A stretch of 64,000 bases of DNA, from the NCBI GenBank assembly GCA_002633005.1, contig NMRA01000248.1:241026-305025 (forward strand), in the 5' to 3' direction. Origin of the DNA: Phoronis australis (Eukaryota > Animalia > Phoronida). The notes under the pieces were generated by a model that did no database searches, was not told the DNA's origin, and was given only the letters and a program-made list of their open reading frames with translations. Within the stretch, counting starts at the first letter, position 1. The number at the start of each line of letters is the position of its first letter. Shown in pieces: positions 1 to 12,900 of this stretch. A program made the translations under genes and the position numbers.

Positions 1-548
1 TCAACATTGACAGCTAAACAGGAGCGAAATACAGGATTACGAATTTTCTCAAACTTGAGGCTTAGCTTGCGAACAGATGAGTTTTCTGTGTATACGTTAG
101 TGACCCAGCTTATCTTAAGTCAGGGTGGTTTTGGTCGCGTTGCTGGGCGTTATTTTACACGAGTGACATATGTGATGATCAAGTAAGTTCCGGCACAGTT
201 TGCCAAAAAGCCGTAAAAAGTATTGTATTACGAAATTCACTAATATACAAACATGCCAATTTTAATTTTCATTACAATTAAGGGGTTACGTAATTTTCAA
301 AATGCTGATTTTACTTTGTGTTATGGTGTGATACTAAACAAGTTAAGATAGATAAACAGAAGTGTACAAATTAGGTGAGGCTAATTAGCAGTAAAAAGGC
401 AAGTTATTATTTGTTAAATAGGAAAGTCTCGTTTTACATGTAGATTGTTAACACAAACTAAACTTCTCTCACAACCCAGACAACACAGCACAATCACCAT
501 CTAGTGAAATGTAATGGGCAATAACGATCGTGCAATTCGCACGCTGTT

Positions 549-625
549 GAGAAGGTCTATTGAGCATTTTATGTGACACTGTTTGAGAAGGTCTATTGAG
601 CATTTTATGTGACACTGTTTGAGAA
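549..625. repeat. 36-bp tandem duplication (~2.1 copies)
   Basis: GAGAAGGTCTATTGAGCATTTTATGTGACACTGTTT starts at 549 and 585, and GAGAA recurs at 621. Confidence 0.9.
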
Positions 626-2424
626 AAATGATCCAAAGCTAAGTCGACGACACCCAGATAGTTTCGTATTTCAAAGGAAACACGAGGGTATCAAATAAAG
701 CACCCAACATTTAACGGTATAACTTTTTGTAGAAGCCAAAATGTTAAAATTTGAGGTACACATACCCCAGAAAAAATAACTACACAAAGGAAAGAAAATC
801 AGTGTAAACCGGAATGTCTGGCTAAAGCTATCAAACTATAAAACTGATTTCGTGTAACGAAATAAATTTGTTTTCAAAAGTATTTCAATGATTAGTTTAA
901 TAACACGAAGTGGCATTTTTGTCAGAGGGGCCTCTGTTTATCCGAAGAATGGTGTGATTCGGTGATTGCACTTCCATTTACAGTATGTAACGACCAAAAG
1001 TTTTTTTAAATCAACCATAAATTAAAACACAACATTGTAACTGAATGAGCGAGATTTTGTTCAAATACCGTGAACATTTTTCAAATATCACTAATGAACA
1101 GATCCAGCGGACCCTTAATGCGTTCGACACACGTTTCAAATTAGTGTGTCTGCACTAAGTCAATAAATGGAAAAGTCACCTTGCAGTAATACAGAAAATG
1201 AAAACATCCAGGGGGGCGTGAGAACGTGGGCAGCTGAACCACAAGCTACGGTTGTTTTATCAAAAGAAAACTGGGACACATGGCACCACCGAGTGAGCCG
1301 GTCACCTACTTTTACCCACATGGAGTTATTAATAATCTACTGATTGCTAAGGAGAGTCACGTGGTCTTGTCATTCCGCGGGGGGCGTCATCAACTCTTTT
1401 CACTCGATATCGAACTCGAAACGTTTTTCTTAACATGGGTTTCTACCTTGGTACGAACTTAAGACAAGTGAAAATTATTTTACGCTTGAGTATATTATGG
1501 ATTATTTTAATCGTATTTTGACCCTAGCTTAGCTATAAGTTCGAATCTGTTCGAGTTACTCCGGATTTCGAATCAAGGGGCCATCAACGGCAAATTTGTG
1601 CTACGCAGTAGTTTTGGTAGTCATTCTCAAGTAGAGAGTAACATATGATTATTCTGAGTTTGTACTAAAAGAAAACGGAACATACCAAATATATTTTCGA
1701 GTTCGACTTCGAGTAAAAAGATCCAGGGCAAAGAACTGTGCTTTGGAAAGAAAGACGCGAGACACTGTTCTTCCAAACGCAAGCAGGGGGGGTCCAGGAT
1801 TTTGAGTTAGGCGGGGGGCCAGGCCAGAGCATTAGCCAGGATTTTACGCGTCAGACATTCGCACTTCCGAACTGCCAAAGGGAACCTGGAAGAACTTTAT
1901 GGGGGCCATGGACCCCTTGGCAAGATACTCACGAGACAATCTTCGCTGATAGAACAGAAACCATAAAATTTCCCTCATAATTGCACATTCCAGTATTGCG
2001 GACCGATTATATGAAATGGTAGCCATTTGTGGGTCTACTCGCAAGCGCTTTATTTCGTGATTTTGTGTGGTTTTCCATGACCTATCCAAATTAGCAAGAA
2101 ACTCGGCGCGCTACATAACATATTGCTGAAGACAGAGCCCCCCCCCCTTTTTTAATGGTCACCCCTATTCAATGGACTGATGAACCCTGGGGTTGAGTTA
2201 AGTAGAAAAATCTATCCAAAATCACGTGGTAATTCTTGCCTTTCGGCGAGGTCCTGGCGTTACTGAACTCAACCTTGCGCTACATGTATACGGTGCTGCC
2301 ACCTATGCTGCAACAAGGCTTTACGTCAGTCATCACTATTGACATCTGCTCGACGTGCATGTTCACTAATCACAACAGGCGCCTGACTCTCACCCTGAAG
2401 ATGCTCTTCTCGTTTCAATTTAGA

Positions 2425-2545
2425 GGAGGCAGTGTGGCCTGGTTGATAAGTGCCCGCTTTCTTTACTCGAGGTCGTGGGTTCAAGTCCCACCAGGTCACA
2501 CTGCTAAACCCTTGAGCCAGGTTTCTAGCTCCTCAGCTCGGTTTA
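2425..2545 (+). mobile_element. tRNA-derived SINE head with Pol III A/B boxes
   Basis: A-box-like GTGGCCTGGTTGATAAG and B-box GGTTCAAGTCC (2478-2488), followed by a non-tRNA core (CCCTTGAGCCAGG). No cloverleaf. The right boundary is approximate. Confidence 0.6.
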
Positions 2546-3998
2546 TACCTTATATTAATAAAGCATAAACATAGTTCCAGGTGATCAGTGCAATTGGCCC
2601 ACGTCTGGTACAGCGTGTATCAGACCGCCTGCAATTGTTTATTTTTTGTTCAATTTAGTCGATAATTCAATAAAAACGAATATCAACGCAAAATAGTTTA
2701 GTTCAAACGTGTTCCACCTCATGCTCTTTCAACCTGACATCAGTTTTTGGAATGTAAACAGAATTCCATTTTCTATTCGTGTGGTTCACCAACAAAATGA
2801 AGGCCATGTCTTAACACTATTTTGCAAAAAGAGAGACACCGGGCAGTAAAAGGTATATACATGGCTGTAATTAGTGGTAAATTTATGTTCTATGTGTTAA
2901 TCTGGTGAAAATAAAAGTAAATGTCTTTAATTGCACTGGTCCGTGGTGGGCGTAAAACTGCTTTTAGGATATAACGAGCCGTAGCTGTGAACAACATCAA
3001 TTCTTTATTAATTTCTGGAAAATAAAGCATTTTCATATACTAAAAATTATGTCTGAAAGAACAAAAACCGGGTTCTAAAATGATGTTGCGTACCTGTCAG
3101 CAGTTATCATTGTTGTCTGCCGGTGGGCCACATTTTTTAACCAAACTTAATTTTTGAAATATACATTCACGAAAAGCAATCGGCAGGGAGACTTCATTGG
3201 CGTCATTTTAAGTAAAGTTTTAATGTAGGACCATAGAAAAATGTATTTATATCAGATATAATGCTGTATGGACTGATCCCCAAAATGCTGTTAGAACTTT
3301 TGCATGAAAGGGTATCAAAAGTAGGATTATGATGACTTTAAAGTTGCATACAGCGAAAACGAAATATTTTAGAAACAGTAACGGCGTTAACGTTTTAAAT
3401 CCCTCATCTTGACCATGTATATCAAATGAAGTTTGGTCACGTTATTAATACCGTTGGTTTCCAATCAGCGTACCTTTCTGCTGATTTTTACTAAAACTCC
3501 ATGGTCACGTGACCCAATTAATAAGACATTGGTAAAAAGTCAAAGATCAAACTCTCCACATTAACAAACTATATATGTTTATTGAGTTAAGTAATGTAGA
3601 TATTTGCTCAATACGCAACTTGTCAATATGGTCAAACATGTACATTTTTCATTACTTGCAGAGTTCGGGTTATTGAATAAACTTACAAAAATAAGATACT
3701 TCAGTAACACGGTTTAGGTTAGCTTAAAATTCAAAGGAAGTATGGGGAACTAACCTTGATAAGGACATTTCACATGGAACGAGGGTAGGCAGAGTCGTTT
3801 TTAGCATCTAAATTTGTGCAATGTTACTTTAAAAACACAAGCGGGTTAGAAACGGTGCCCTGTGTGATTCCAGTAGTTGTTGTTATCATTGTATGAAGAT
3901 AATGATGAATCGTCGTGACCTATGACGTTTTTTGTGACACCCTATATAATGCTAAATGTCACCCGAAAATTCAGATTCCATCGTCACCCTCGGTTACC

Positions 3999-4041
3999 AT
4001 GGTGCTGCTTTATTTCCTAGTCACTGTTGCCTTCACTGCAG
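3999..4041 (+). CDS. FN2-module secreted protein, signal-peptide exon (MVLLYFLVTVAFTA)
   Basis: ACC-ATG-G start context, 14 mostly hydrophobic codons, and a phase-1 GT donor at 4042 matching the phase of the downstream FN2 exons. Confidence 0.7.
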
Positions 4042-4304
4042 GTTTGGTGATGTTTTCTGTTGTAGGTTTATAGGCGTTCGGTAAAATTGATTTCAAAAAG
4101 ATTTAATGTCAAGGTTCACTATATATCGTAGTGAGCATTTCTGAATATTTTGCTGGTCAACGAGACATTTTTGATGATTTTAATTCAAAATATAGGCGAC
4201 TTACCATCCTGGTTGGCCTTGCAACTTGCTGGAAACATTCGAGAATTTCATCTAAGAATTAAACTTGGATGTTGCGTATAAAAAATACATCGGCGTCATC
4301 AATG

Positions 4305-4306
<2 letters not shown>

Positions 4307-4387
<81 letters not shown>

Positions 4388-4480
4388 GTGTTATTACACT
4401 GTATTTCAATAGCTATTGGCATTATCATCATCATTGGCATCGTCATCGTCATCGTCATCATCATCTTCATCATCATCACC
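4307..4480. repeat. (ATT)n microsatellite followed by imperfect (CAT/CGT)n
   Basis: Perfect TTA run at 4307-4387 and ATC/GTC triplets at ~4423-4480. Confidence 0.95.
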
Positions 4481-4622
4481 ACTTTTCATTATTATCAAAT
4501 TTAATTCTTTCGCAACCGTAGGCAAAGTTCCAAACAGTGTCATGTACTAGGCATAATATGTGGCCAGACAAGTTTGGGAAGTTGTTTATTTTCGGCCCAT
4601 TTGGTGACTTTCAAATTTGCAG

Positions 4623-4674
4623 TTGAAGGAGATCAGACGTACGGCGGGAACGGGGCTNAAATCACGACCACCAG
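4623..4674 (+). CDS. FN2-module protein exon broken by an assembly join: (V)EGDQTYGGNGA, n, then probable exon end KSRPP
   Basis: TTTGCAG acceptor and phase-1 frame give TYGGNG, the same module start as TFGGNG and TVGGNS in the later exons. The n is at 4658, and a possible phase-1 donor follows (CCAG|GTACTG). Confidence 0.6.
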
Positions 4675-4744
4675 GTACTGAAAGAATCAACAAAAAAAGT
4701 ACAGGTTTCATTTTTTATAAACCAACCTCTAACTAAAATGGTTA

Positions 4745-4837
4745 CCGTATTCGCCGTAATAACCGCCAGGGCGCTTAGAAAAGATTGTTTCGGGGGGGGG
4801 GGGGCGCTTATTGTAACCCAAGGCCGTTGAAACCCGG
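4745..4837 (+). mobile_element. Truncated left end of the Tc2/pogo-like element family
   Basis: TA|CCGTATTCGCCGTAATAACCGCC...GAAACCCGG closely matches the left end at 23921. Confidence 0.85.
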
Positions 4838-4846
4838 CATTTTCTC

Positions 4847-4971
4847 AGTCGTTATCCCCCTTATCTAGAACCCTCGTGGATTTTGGAGAATTATCACCCT
4901 CGGGGCTGACGCCCCTCGGGCGATAATTCTCCAAAATCCACTTGGGCTCTAGATAACGGGGGATAACGACT
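4847..4971. repeat. 125-bp near-perfect palindrome (hairpin, MITE-like)
   Basis: The arm AGTCGTTATCCCCCTTATCTAGA...GTGGATTTTGGAGAATTATC pairs with GATAATTCTCCAAAATCCAC...TCTAGATAACGGGGGATAACGACT around a short loop. Confidence 0.9.
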
Positions 4972-5710
4972 TCGCCATGGAATAATCTATATGTACGTAA
5001 TTTTTTGATATTACATGGGCGAATCACAAAGTAGTGCAAAGTAGATATCTATACGCCTTACATTTTATCGTCTGCAAAACACTATATACATGTATGTACA
5101 ACCAAACGCGCGCGAACTCAACAATGCATGAATTTTGAGAAGATGACAAGGTTATGATTGACAAATCGGGTGTCGCAACTGTACGTACTCTCAGTCGGAA
5201 GGACATGCAAACAACTTTTTAAACGGACCCGTCTTCGGCGGCGAATTCCATATCCACGTTAATTCAAACGGAGACGAGCCCCAACTCGAGAAACGCGGCG
5301 AGATTGTCAAGGTCAAATCTGTGCTCACGCGCGGGAAAGCCTTGCTGACTATTGCTTCTGGATATTTTTAAGCTTTAATATTTTAACTTTAAAGACTATT
5401 TATTAGATTGTAACTTGCATATTTGCTGCGGAAGCTGAATGCATTTTACATTTGTTAAACCTATTATCAAAACGTAGCTGAATTACTTTATATTGCGCAA
5501 GCGTGTTTTTACAAAAGTTGAGTCGTGTGGTTGAAAGTTTTAGACACGTCGAGTTTTTCAGCTAAAAAGATCATTTTTACGGTTCATGTGAGAAAACAAA
5601 TCTGTTTATGCAAGTGGGTCCAGAAGAAGTATTAAAACACGTCAAATTCGTCCAGGAATTTGTGATCCAAACGAATCTTTCTTGTCTAAATTCGTGACTT
5701 AACATTTAAG

Positions 5711-5902
5711 GAGGAAAATCTGAATGGAAACCTTTGGACGCAACATTCGGTGGAAACGGAGGAAATAAGTCCTGCGTCTTTCCATTCAACTATGGAGGCG
5801 TTGATTGGACCACCTGCATAACTGACACACACGACAAACCTTGGTGTTCAGTGACGTCTGATTATGACGTCGATGGACTGTGGGGAAATTGTATGTATCC
5901 AA
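5711..5902 (+). CDS. FN2-module protein exon (one complete fibronectin type II domain)
   Basis: TFGGNGGNKSCVFPFNYGGVDWTTCITDTHDKPWCSVTSDYDVDGLWGNC fits the FN2 consensus (C-FPF-Y...C...WC...YD-D--WG-C). AG ends at 5710, GTAAGT starts at 5903, phase 1-1. Confidence 0.93.
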
Positions 5903-6643
5903 GTAAGTACAAAGGCATAATGAATTTCTAAAGACATGTTTACACATTCCAATTTTTGTCGATTTCGTGTGCGACTCTTTAAACACTGGCTACACACTCC
6001 GATTTTGGTGTAGAGCTTTACGAGCAAATTTTTAGTTCTAAATAGTCGCCTCGGAACTCCTGGGAGTACTTTGAATGTGGTGGCCAATACAGGACATGTA
6101 GGTCAGATGGGGGAGTTTTTCACCACCAGTTTCCTTACATAAAGTGCATTTTCAATACCTTGGGAATTCGAAATCCTACAAAATTCCCTTTTCCAACCAC
6201 AAAATTCAACACGTTAATGTTTTTGTATTATATTGATTTTTTAAATAAGATTACAGAACATGTACTTACTTTTTGACACCATGCAGGTTTATCTTCTTGT
6301 ACTACTTCAATGTTGTTAGATTAAAGACGAGTGTTGAAGAAGCTTTACAAAAGATTATGGGATTAATCCTGTAAAAGAGGGTGATTCCAGAAACATTTTC
6401 AATAATACTTCCTTTATCAACCGCATTCTTTAAGTAGTTTGCTATTCTAATGTTCTAACTGAAGCCAACCACGTCAAAAATATAGTCAAGTACGCACTCC
6501 CTCCCGGGTCGGAGTACTTGTTTACATACCCCGATTAGTCGTTTAGGACAGTCGAATATGATCAATCCATTGGTTTTGGAGTGCGTAAACAGTCAAAAAC
6601 GTAGTTCATATTTTCGAAAATAAAATGGCGTTATGTTTTCGCA

Positions 6644-7238
6644 TGTGGATGATTGGATGCAGGTCGTCACTGACTTTCAGTGCAATGACTGAAGACTAGC
6701 TCAAGTCATTAAGTTGGTCTTTATTAATCTCCACCTTATGAGCACTCGTCTACTAGCTGGAACAAAACGTATGAAGTCATGTCTGTTCCATGCTACAGTC
6801 ATTTCTGCAATTCTTTGACTTGTGACGAACTTCGAAGTCACTTCCAACAAATGTTAGACTCGTTGATTCGATAACCTGTTGTCTCTTAAGCTGCTTCTCT
6901 TTTCACTAAAGCTGTAACTGTTTATAATGTAACAGCGGACTTTAGATCTGTGACTCTTGTAACTTTGCAACTGACACTCACTAACTCGTACCTGAGTATT
7001 TATAATCTCTTACGTGTACAATGTTTACTAATTCAAGCAATTCTAGAAGTTTTCGGAATTAACCCAGTCATTCTATAAACATGAACTGCACTCGTGAATG
7101 TCCCAGACTATGATTCATATCAATCGCAGGAACCTACTGCGATGTTCTCAAGTATTATATTGTAAACAAATTCCCGGTATTATAATCAATGGCCTGGTCT
7201 CGTAGGACATATCAACGAGGGTCATTCTACTCCTGACA
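6644..7238 (-). mobile_element. Probable solo LTR (~595 bp) in an intron of the FN2 gene
   Basis: The minus strand reads TGTCAGGAG...TATAAATA...AATAAAG...TCCACA, giving TG..CA ends with TATA before the polyA signal. I could not find a target-site duplication. Confidence 0.45.
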
Positions 7239-7438
7239 AGTAGTTACGACGGGAGCAACTCAAGAGTGGGCTGTGTGTGGCATAAATACACCTTGGAGGG
7301 CTTTTCATTATATTATAGACCCACAATCCCCTTGTTTTGCGTTGGTGTAGTATCGTCATAACAATACACAGCATCTCTTCTGCTCTTGTTTGACTTCACT
7401 TGCATATATCGTGTCATTAAATTGGTTTTCCTTTTCAG

Positions 7439-7647
7439 AAACCAGTAACATTGTGACCGTAGGCGGAAATTCCAACGGTAAAACGTGTTTCTTCCCCTTT
7501 ATATACAACGGCAAGCTTTATGAAGAGTGCACCACAGCCGACCACCACTCGCTCTGGTGTGCAACTACTCCAGACTATGACTTACATTATTTATGGGGAA
7601 GTTGCCCGGCAGTACCTCCAACACCGCCAGTACCAGAAGGCTACTAA
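7439..7647 (+). CDS. FN2-module protein terminal exon (FN2 domain plus Pro-rich tail)
   Basis: TTTTCCTTTTCAG acceptor, phase 1, encoding TVGGNSNGKTCFFPFIYNGKLYEECTTADHHSLWCATTPDYDLHYLWGSCPAVPPTPPVPEGY-stop. Confidence 0.93.
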
Positions 7648-7930
7648 ATAACATAATGTGTTGTACACTATTAAGTACAATAAGACTATTGGTACTCAGT
7701 GTGTTTTGTTAATTACTGTTTATCGCCGATATGTCTCACCAGGCAGTCGTTCACAAAACTGAGCATCCTGAAAAACTTTTACGAATTGTCTTGGCGACCA
7801 TACATCCGTTTTTTGTCAACTCACCGCTTTTTAAAACCTTCTGTGGTCGTTCTATCCACTATCAAGCAAAAACCAACAACAACTATCAGTGGCAAGATCT
7901 TCACGTTGTCTTGCAGTCAAGGCAACAGGC

Positions 7931-8170
7931 ATACATACATACATACATACATGCATCCACACAGACATATATGTATTTATGTTTTTATGTATGTATGTAT
8001 TTATGTATGTATGTATGTATGTATGTATTTATGTATGTATGTATGTATGTATTTATGTATGTATGTATGTATGTATGTATGTATTTATGTATGTTTGTGT
8101 GTGCGTGTGTGCGCATGTGTGTGTGCGCGTGTGTGTGTGTGTGTACGTATGTATGTGTGTATGTATGCAT
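7931..8170. repeat. Compound (CATA)n/(TATG)n/(TG)n microsatellite
   Basis: Directly visible. It explains the YVCM-type ORFs in the track. Confidence 0.95.
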
Positions 8171-9959
8171 GTTAGGCGGTATAGATATGCATGCTGGGCG
8201 GCAAGAGTTATGCCGCTTAGGCTGTATCGAGATACCAGTTAACGTCATATATACACAGTGGCAAATCTTCAATTCGTGAACACGACTGTTCTGCTTGCTA
8301 AGAACTGTCACGTAATTCAACCATTAAAGTTCACATCCCGATTTTGGAGGTGCTTTGAAAAGTGCCATCTTACTGTGTCTGAATTGTACGTTCGCTTGCC
8401 CCCGTAAAACGAAAATTCTACATACATCTTTTTGGCGCTGTGAGAGCATAAGATCGACTTTGTGCCAGCAACCACGAGATTGGGGCTCTGGCTATCATCT
8501 GCTATGCTGGCACTCAACCGTTTTGGCTAGTTTTTGGAAATGAACCACCAGGCCTAGGCAACTCCACCCTTCTGCTGCACAGGGTGCACAAAACTGGAAG
8601 ATGTTTAATAACATACTAGACCAAAACCTTCAGAAACCGTTCACAAAGCCCAATGAAACTTGAGGTTATTTTTTTCGCAAGGGCAGCCGGGATACTTAGA
8701 GACATTATCGGTTTACAACCAATATATTTTTGGGAATTGGTAAATGGGATGAACTCTTTGAAGTTTATGACAGCATCGACCAGAGCTACAAAATAATAAA
8801 ATCAGTTTTTGTTTTATTATAAATCACCAATTTTTACTGCTGTATGACATTCGCTGAACTCGATGCCGGCGACTTTAATTACCGATAAATAAGCATTTAT
8901 CCGTCAACCAGCAGAGCGTTGGCTTCGACGCAAGAGTTTCGGGTTCTCTCATGGGCGGCGCAGCGCTGAAATATGCGCCGCCCATGTCTATTCCTCGTTG
9001 GGGCTAATTTAGGATAATCACATCCTCTGCTTATCACAATATGGATGTTATGGTACTTAGTTTGTGATCTTTTCCGGCAGTTGTCGTAGTCGCCTGAAGG
9101 ATAATAGGTCAAGATTGCCTGTTTACCACTAGACTTCGCATGGAGTTTTCAAAACGTGCTCCAGAGTTTTGAAAGTTGACGAGGGTTGCAAAGCAATATT
9201 TTGTTTCGGAGAGATAGATGGGAAAGCGGTTGTTGATATATCTGCAAAGCTGGGTTTATTTTCCTGTTAAAGGTTACCTCCCAGAGGAGGCGCTGTATAG
9301 GTCTGCATCCGAATCTCGCCTTTGCAAAAACACGTGAAATATCGCCAGGTGAAGTGCATGATCACACAAACTTCTTTAGTGAGATTCTTGTCTCTTCGAA
9401 ACTTTACCCAGTCGTCCTCATTGGATTTTGCCTAGCAGTGCTCACGTACACAAAACTGCGGTCTATGAATACAGTACAATGTACATGTAGTTGTTAGTCG
9501 GTTTCACCTCAAAAGCTCTATGCGCATGACCACTGAAACTTTATTGTTACATGTACATGCGTTATATTTTTACCGTTTCACTTCCACCGTAAAAGGAAGC
9601 GAGACTTCAAATAGGTGGTAAAAACATAAATTTCAGTTACAGTTTTCAGCCCACTTAACCACCAGTACTTCAGTCCCCGCCTGCCAATTGACTGAGAGCC
9701 AGCGCTAGCCAGATTTTGAAAGCATATTTATTACATAATACACAATGTGTTTCAAAAATGCTGCCATCCATTCATTTTTTATTTTAAGCTGTTTGAGAGC
9801 TACCTAAACCCATAACTTGAGATTCCTCTGTCGCTGAGCATCAATGCTACAAGAGTCCGCCATTTTGAAAAAAGTGATTGAAAACACCTTCTCATTTGAA
9901 ATGAGCTTTTCTCAAATAAATGAGCTTCGAAAAAAGGACTTAAATTGAATACTTAATAN

Positions 9960-12900
9960 CAAACTCGAGTAAAAACTCTAAATTTTGAGTTCAAACTCGA
10001 ACTTTTAGCCTTTATGTTGGGTTTATCAACTGCAAAGTAGGACTAATAAATTATCTGCTTAATAAGTCATTATGTATACAAGCATAGAATAATAGACACT
10101 TATCTTAAGTTTGCACAAAAGTAGAGTAGAAAATACCAAACATAATTTCAAGTCCATTTCAAGTAAAAAGATTAGAGACTGGGCAAATGGTTTTTTTCCT
10201 TAAGATATACTTTCATCACTGTCCATTTTCAGATCCAGGTGACATAGCTGACGAGTAACCACTGAAGAAAATTATGGACTTGCCAAGACACAGAAGAAGA
10301 ACAAGAACCACAATTTTTGCCATGCACTGAGGAACATAGTGGACCAATAAGCGCTGGGAATATTCTGTGTTGACACTACTGACCAAAAGAAACTGGAAAT
10401 AAGCATGTGTTGCTACTGGGAAGACAACAGCTGGCTTGAATTGTCATACAAAACTAACTACTTTGCCATCCCCTTGTGGCCATTTTTGTGGGGGAAACTG
10501 CCTTGTGTACTCAGTAGCTTGCAGGATCTTCCTAAAAATTGTAATCCTTTTCCAATCAAGATGGTAAGTGACTATGGTTAATTTTTGCATCTGATTTTTT
10601 CCATCTGCCTCTCAGTCTTCCAAATTGTTCCAATAATCTCTATGTATTTTGACGTGTCCATGCGAAGAAAGCCTTTGACATAGTTTTTTTGATTGAATCA
10701 TACGACAGTAGCCGATATTCTTATTTGAAGGAGTCTGATAACTTTGGTGCCCCCATGTGGCATTCAATATATTTTGCACTGCTCTTAACACCCCTAGAAA
10801 ACACTTTGTGTACGGTGAAGATGTGGATGCATGTCAATGCCCTGCGTTATTGTGTTTTTGATACTTTTTAAGTTATGATCAAAACTGTCAATTTAAAATG
10901 CCCTATTAAAAATGTTAATTTCACATTATTGTCTCAATCAAGACTTAGAAATTGGTAAAATTTTTGTATCGGCGTTAAAATACTTCTAATGTGGAACTTA
11001 TGTGCATGAAATTCAAAGTGCTGATGTAAGAACTGATGTTTAATGAAAAATCAGTGTTATTCACTCTTGATTTTCATATTTATAGTAGTTTTGTAGTTAG
11101 GATTTCTAGTTTATAGTTGTTGTGATACAACTTTCAGTCAGGGTATGTTTCTCATTGTCGTAGGCTTGCACGTCTCTAGGTGTGATTGAAAATTTCTTTT
11201 GATGTGTGATCATAATTGAATTTACATTTTGAAAGTATGCTGCTCAAGTATGTTACTGTGAGTGAATATAGCACCAATGCATTATACAGGTTGTTAACTT
11301 TTTGGGTTACTTGTCTCTGGGCAAAAACAAGCCAAATTATACAATCAAAAATCCGCAAGTTCAGTAAGTGAGGCTTGGACATAAAGAAACAATGAACTTG
11401 TTTTCTCATATTTACTTCCATGCTAATGGATGTGCATGTTGTAGGACCATTGAACTTACTCATTAATAAGTAATTGTTTTCCTGTTGGTTTTATGACATT
11501 TTGATAAGCTTTACGACATTTCGTCTTGTGTTAGTGTTTATTGATACATAATAAAATACATAATGAACACAGATCTTCCGTTTTTCATGAAAGACGCTTT
11601 ACACTTTTTTAGTTACATTGTAGACATTTGCCATTGTTTCGGTGGGTACTCTCACTGATGATATTGTTGAATTTCACGCAGGGTCTGAAGATTGTTTCAT
11701 GAAACATTGAGGAATATAAACTCCTCAGCTGTAAAGTACTAGTTCATTTCTGTGAACAATGTTGATAAGTGGATCGTGGTCTGGGTGCAGTATAGCAGGC
11801 AGAATCTTGAATGTGTTAATTTATTGGGATTTCGGTGATTATTTGAGACATGTCAGGAAATGCACACAACGTGTTTGAAATAACTTCGCTATGAGATGTC
11901 TTGCACACTGACTGCTTCAAATGAAACCGTGTAGCTCACTGACGGGTTCTTGGTCTATCCTATATATATATAGGATAGACCACTCAAACTATTGACGTCA
12001 GTGGTATATCCTATATATATATAGGGTAGACCACCGACTTCATTCGTTGGAGTGGTCTATCCTATATATATATAGGGTAGACCACCGACTTCATTCGTTG
12101 GAGTGGTCTATCCTATATATATATAGGGTAGACCACTCAAACGATTGACGTCAGTGGTATATCCTATATATATAAAGAATAGACCACTCAANATTCAAGA
12201 TTCTGCCTGCTATACTGCACCAAGACCACGATCCACTTATCAACATTGTTCACAGAAATGAACTAGTACCTTACAGCTGAGGAGTTTATATTCCTCAATG
12301 TTTCATGAAACAATCTTCAGACCCTGCGTGAAATTCAACAATATCATCAGTGAGAGTACCCACTGAAACAATGGCAAATGTCTACAATGTAACTAAAAAA
12401 GTGTAAAGCGTCTTTCATGAAAAACGGAAGATCTGTGTTCATTATGTGTTTTATTATGTATCAATAAACACAAGACGAAATGTCGTAAAGCTTATCAAAT
12501 TGTCATAAAACCAACAGGAAAACAATTACTTATTAATGAGTAAGTTCAATGGTCCTACAACATGCACATCCATTAGCATGGAAGTAAATATGAGAAAACA
12601 AGTTCACTGTTTCTTTATGTCCAAGCCTCACTTACTGAACTTGCGGATTCTTGATTGAATAATTTGGCTTGTTTTTGCCCAGAGACAAGTAACCCAAAAA
12701 GTTAACAACCTGTATAATGCATTGGTGCTATATTCACTCACAGTAACATACTTGAGCAGCATACTTTTAAAATGTAAATTCAATTATGATCACACATCAA
12801 AAGAAATTTTCAATCACACCTAGAGACGTGCAAGCCTACGACAATGAGAAACATACCCTGACTGAAAGTTGTATCACAACAACTATAAACTAGAAATCCT

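Noticed and set aside
2425-2500. Functional tRNA gene (also 55978-56048)
   Set aside because: A and B boxes are present but the acceptor and anticodon stems do not pair, so a SINE head is more likely.
4252-4504. Poly-Asn and poly-Leu ORFs
   Set aside because: They are translations of an intronic (ATT)n microsatellite.
7699-8320. ORFs of 111-182 aa rich in YVCM/HTYI
   Set aside because: They are translations of the (TATG)n/(TG)n microsatellite.
11654-11690. C/D-box snoRNA (CTGATGA...CTGA)
   Set aside because: The boxes are only ~30 nt apart, with no terminal stem or recognisable guide.
11951-12191. CRISPR array
   Set aside because: The linkers are only 17 bp and repeat (two types), no cas genes are present, and the context is spliced eukaryotic DNA.
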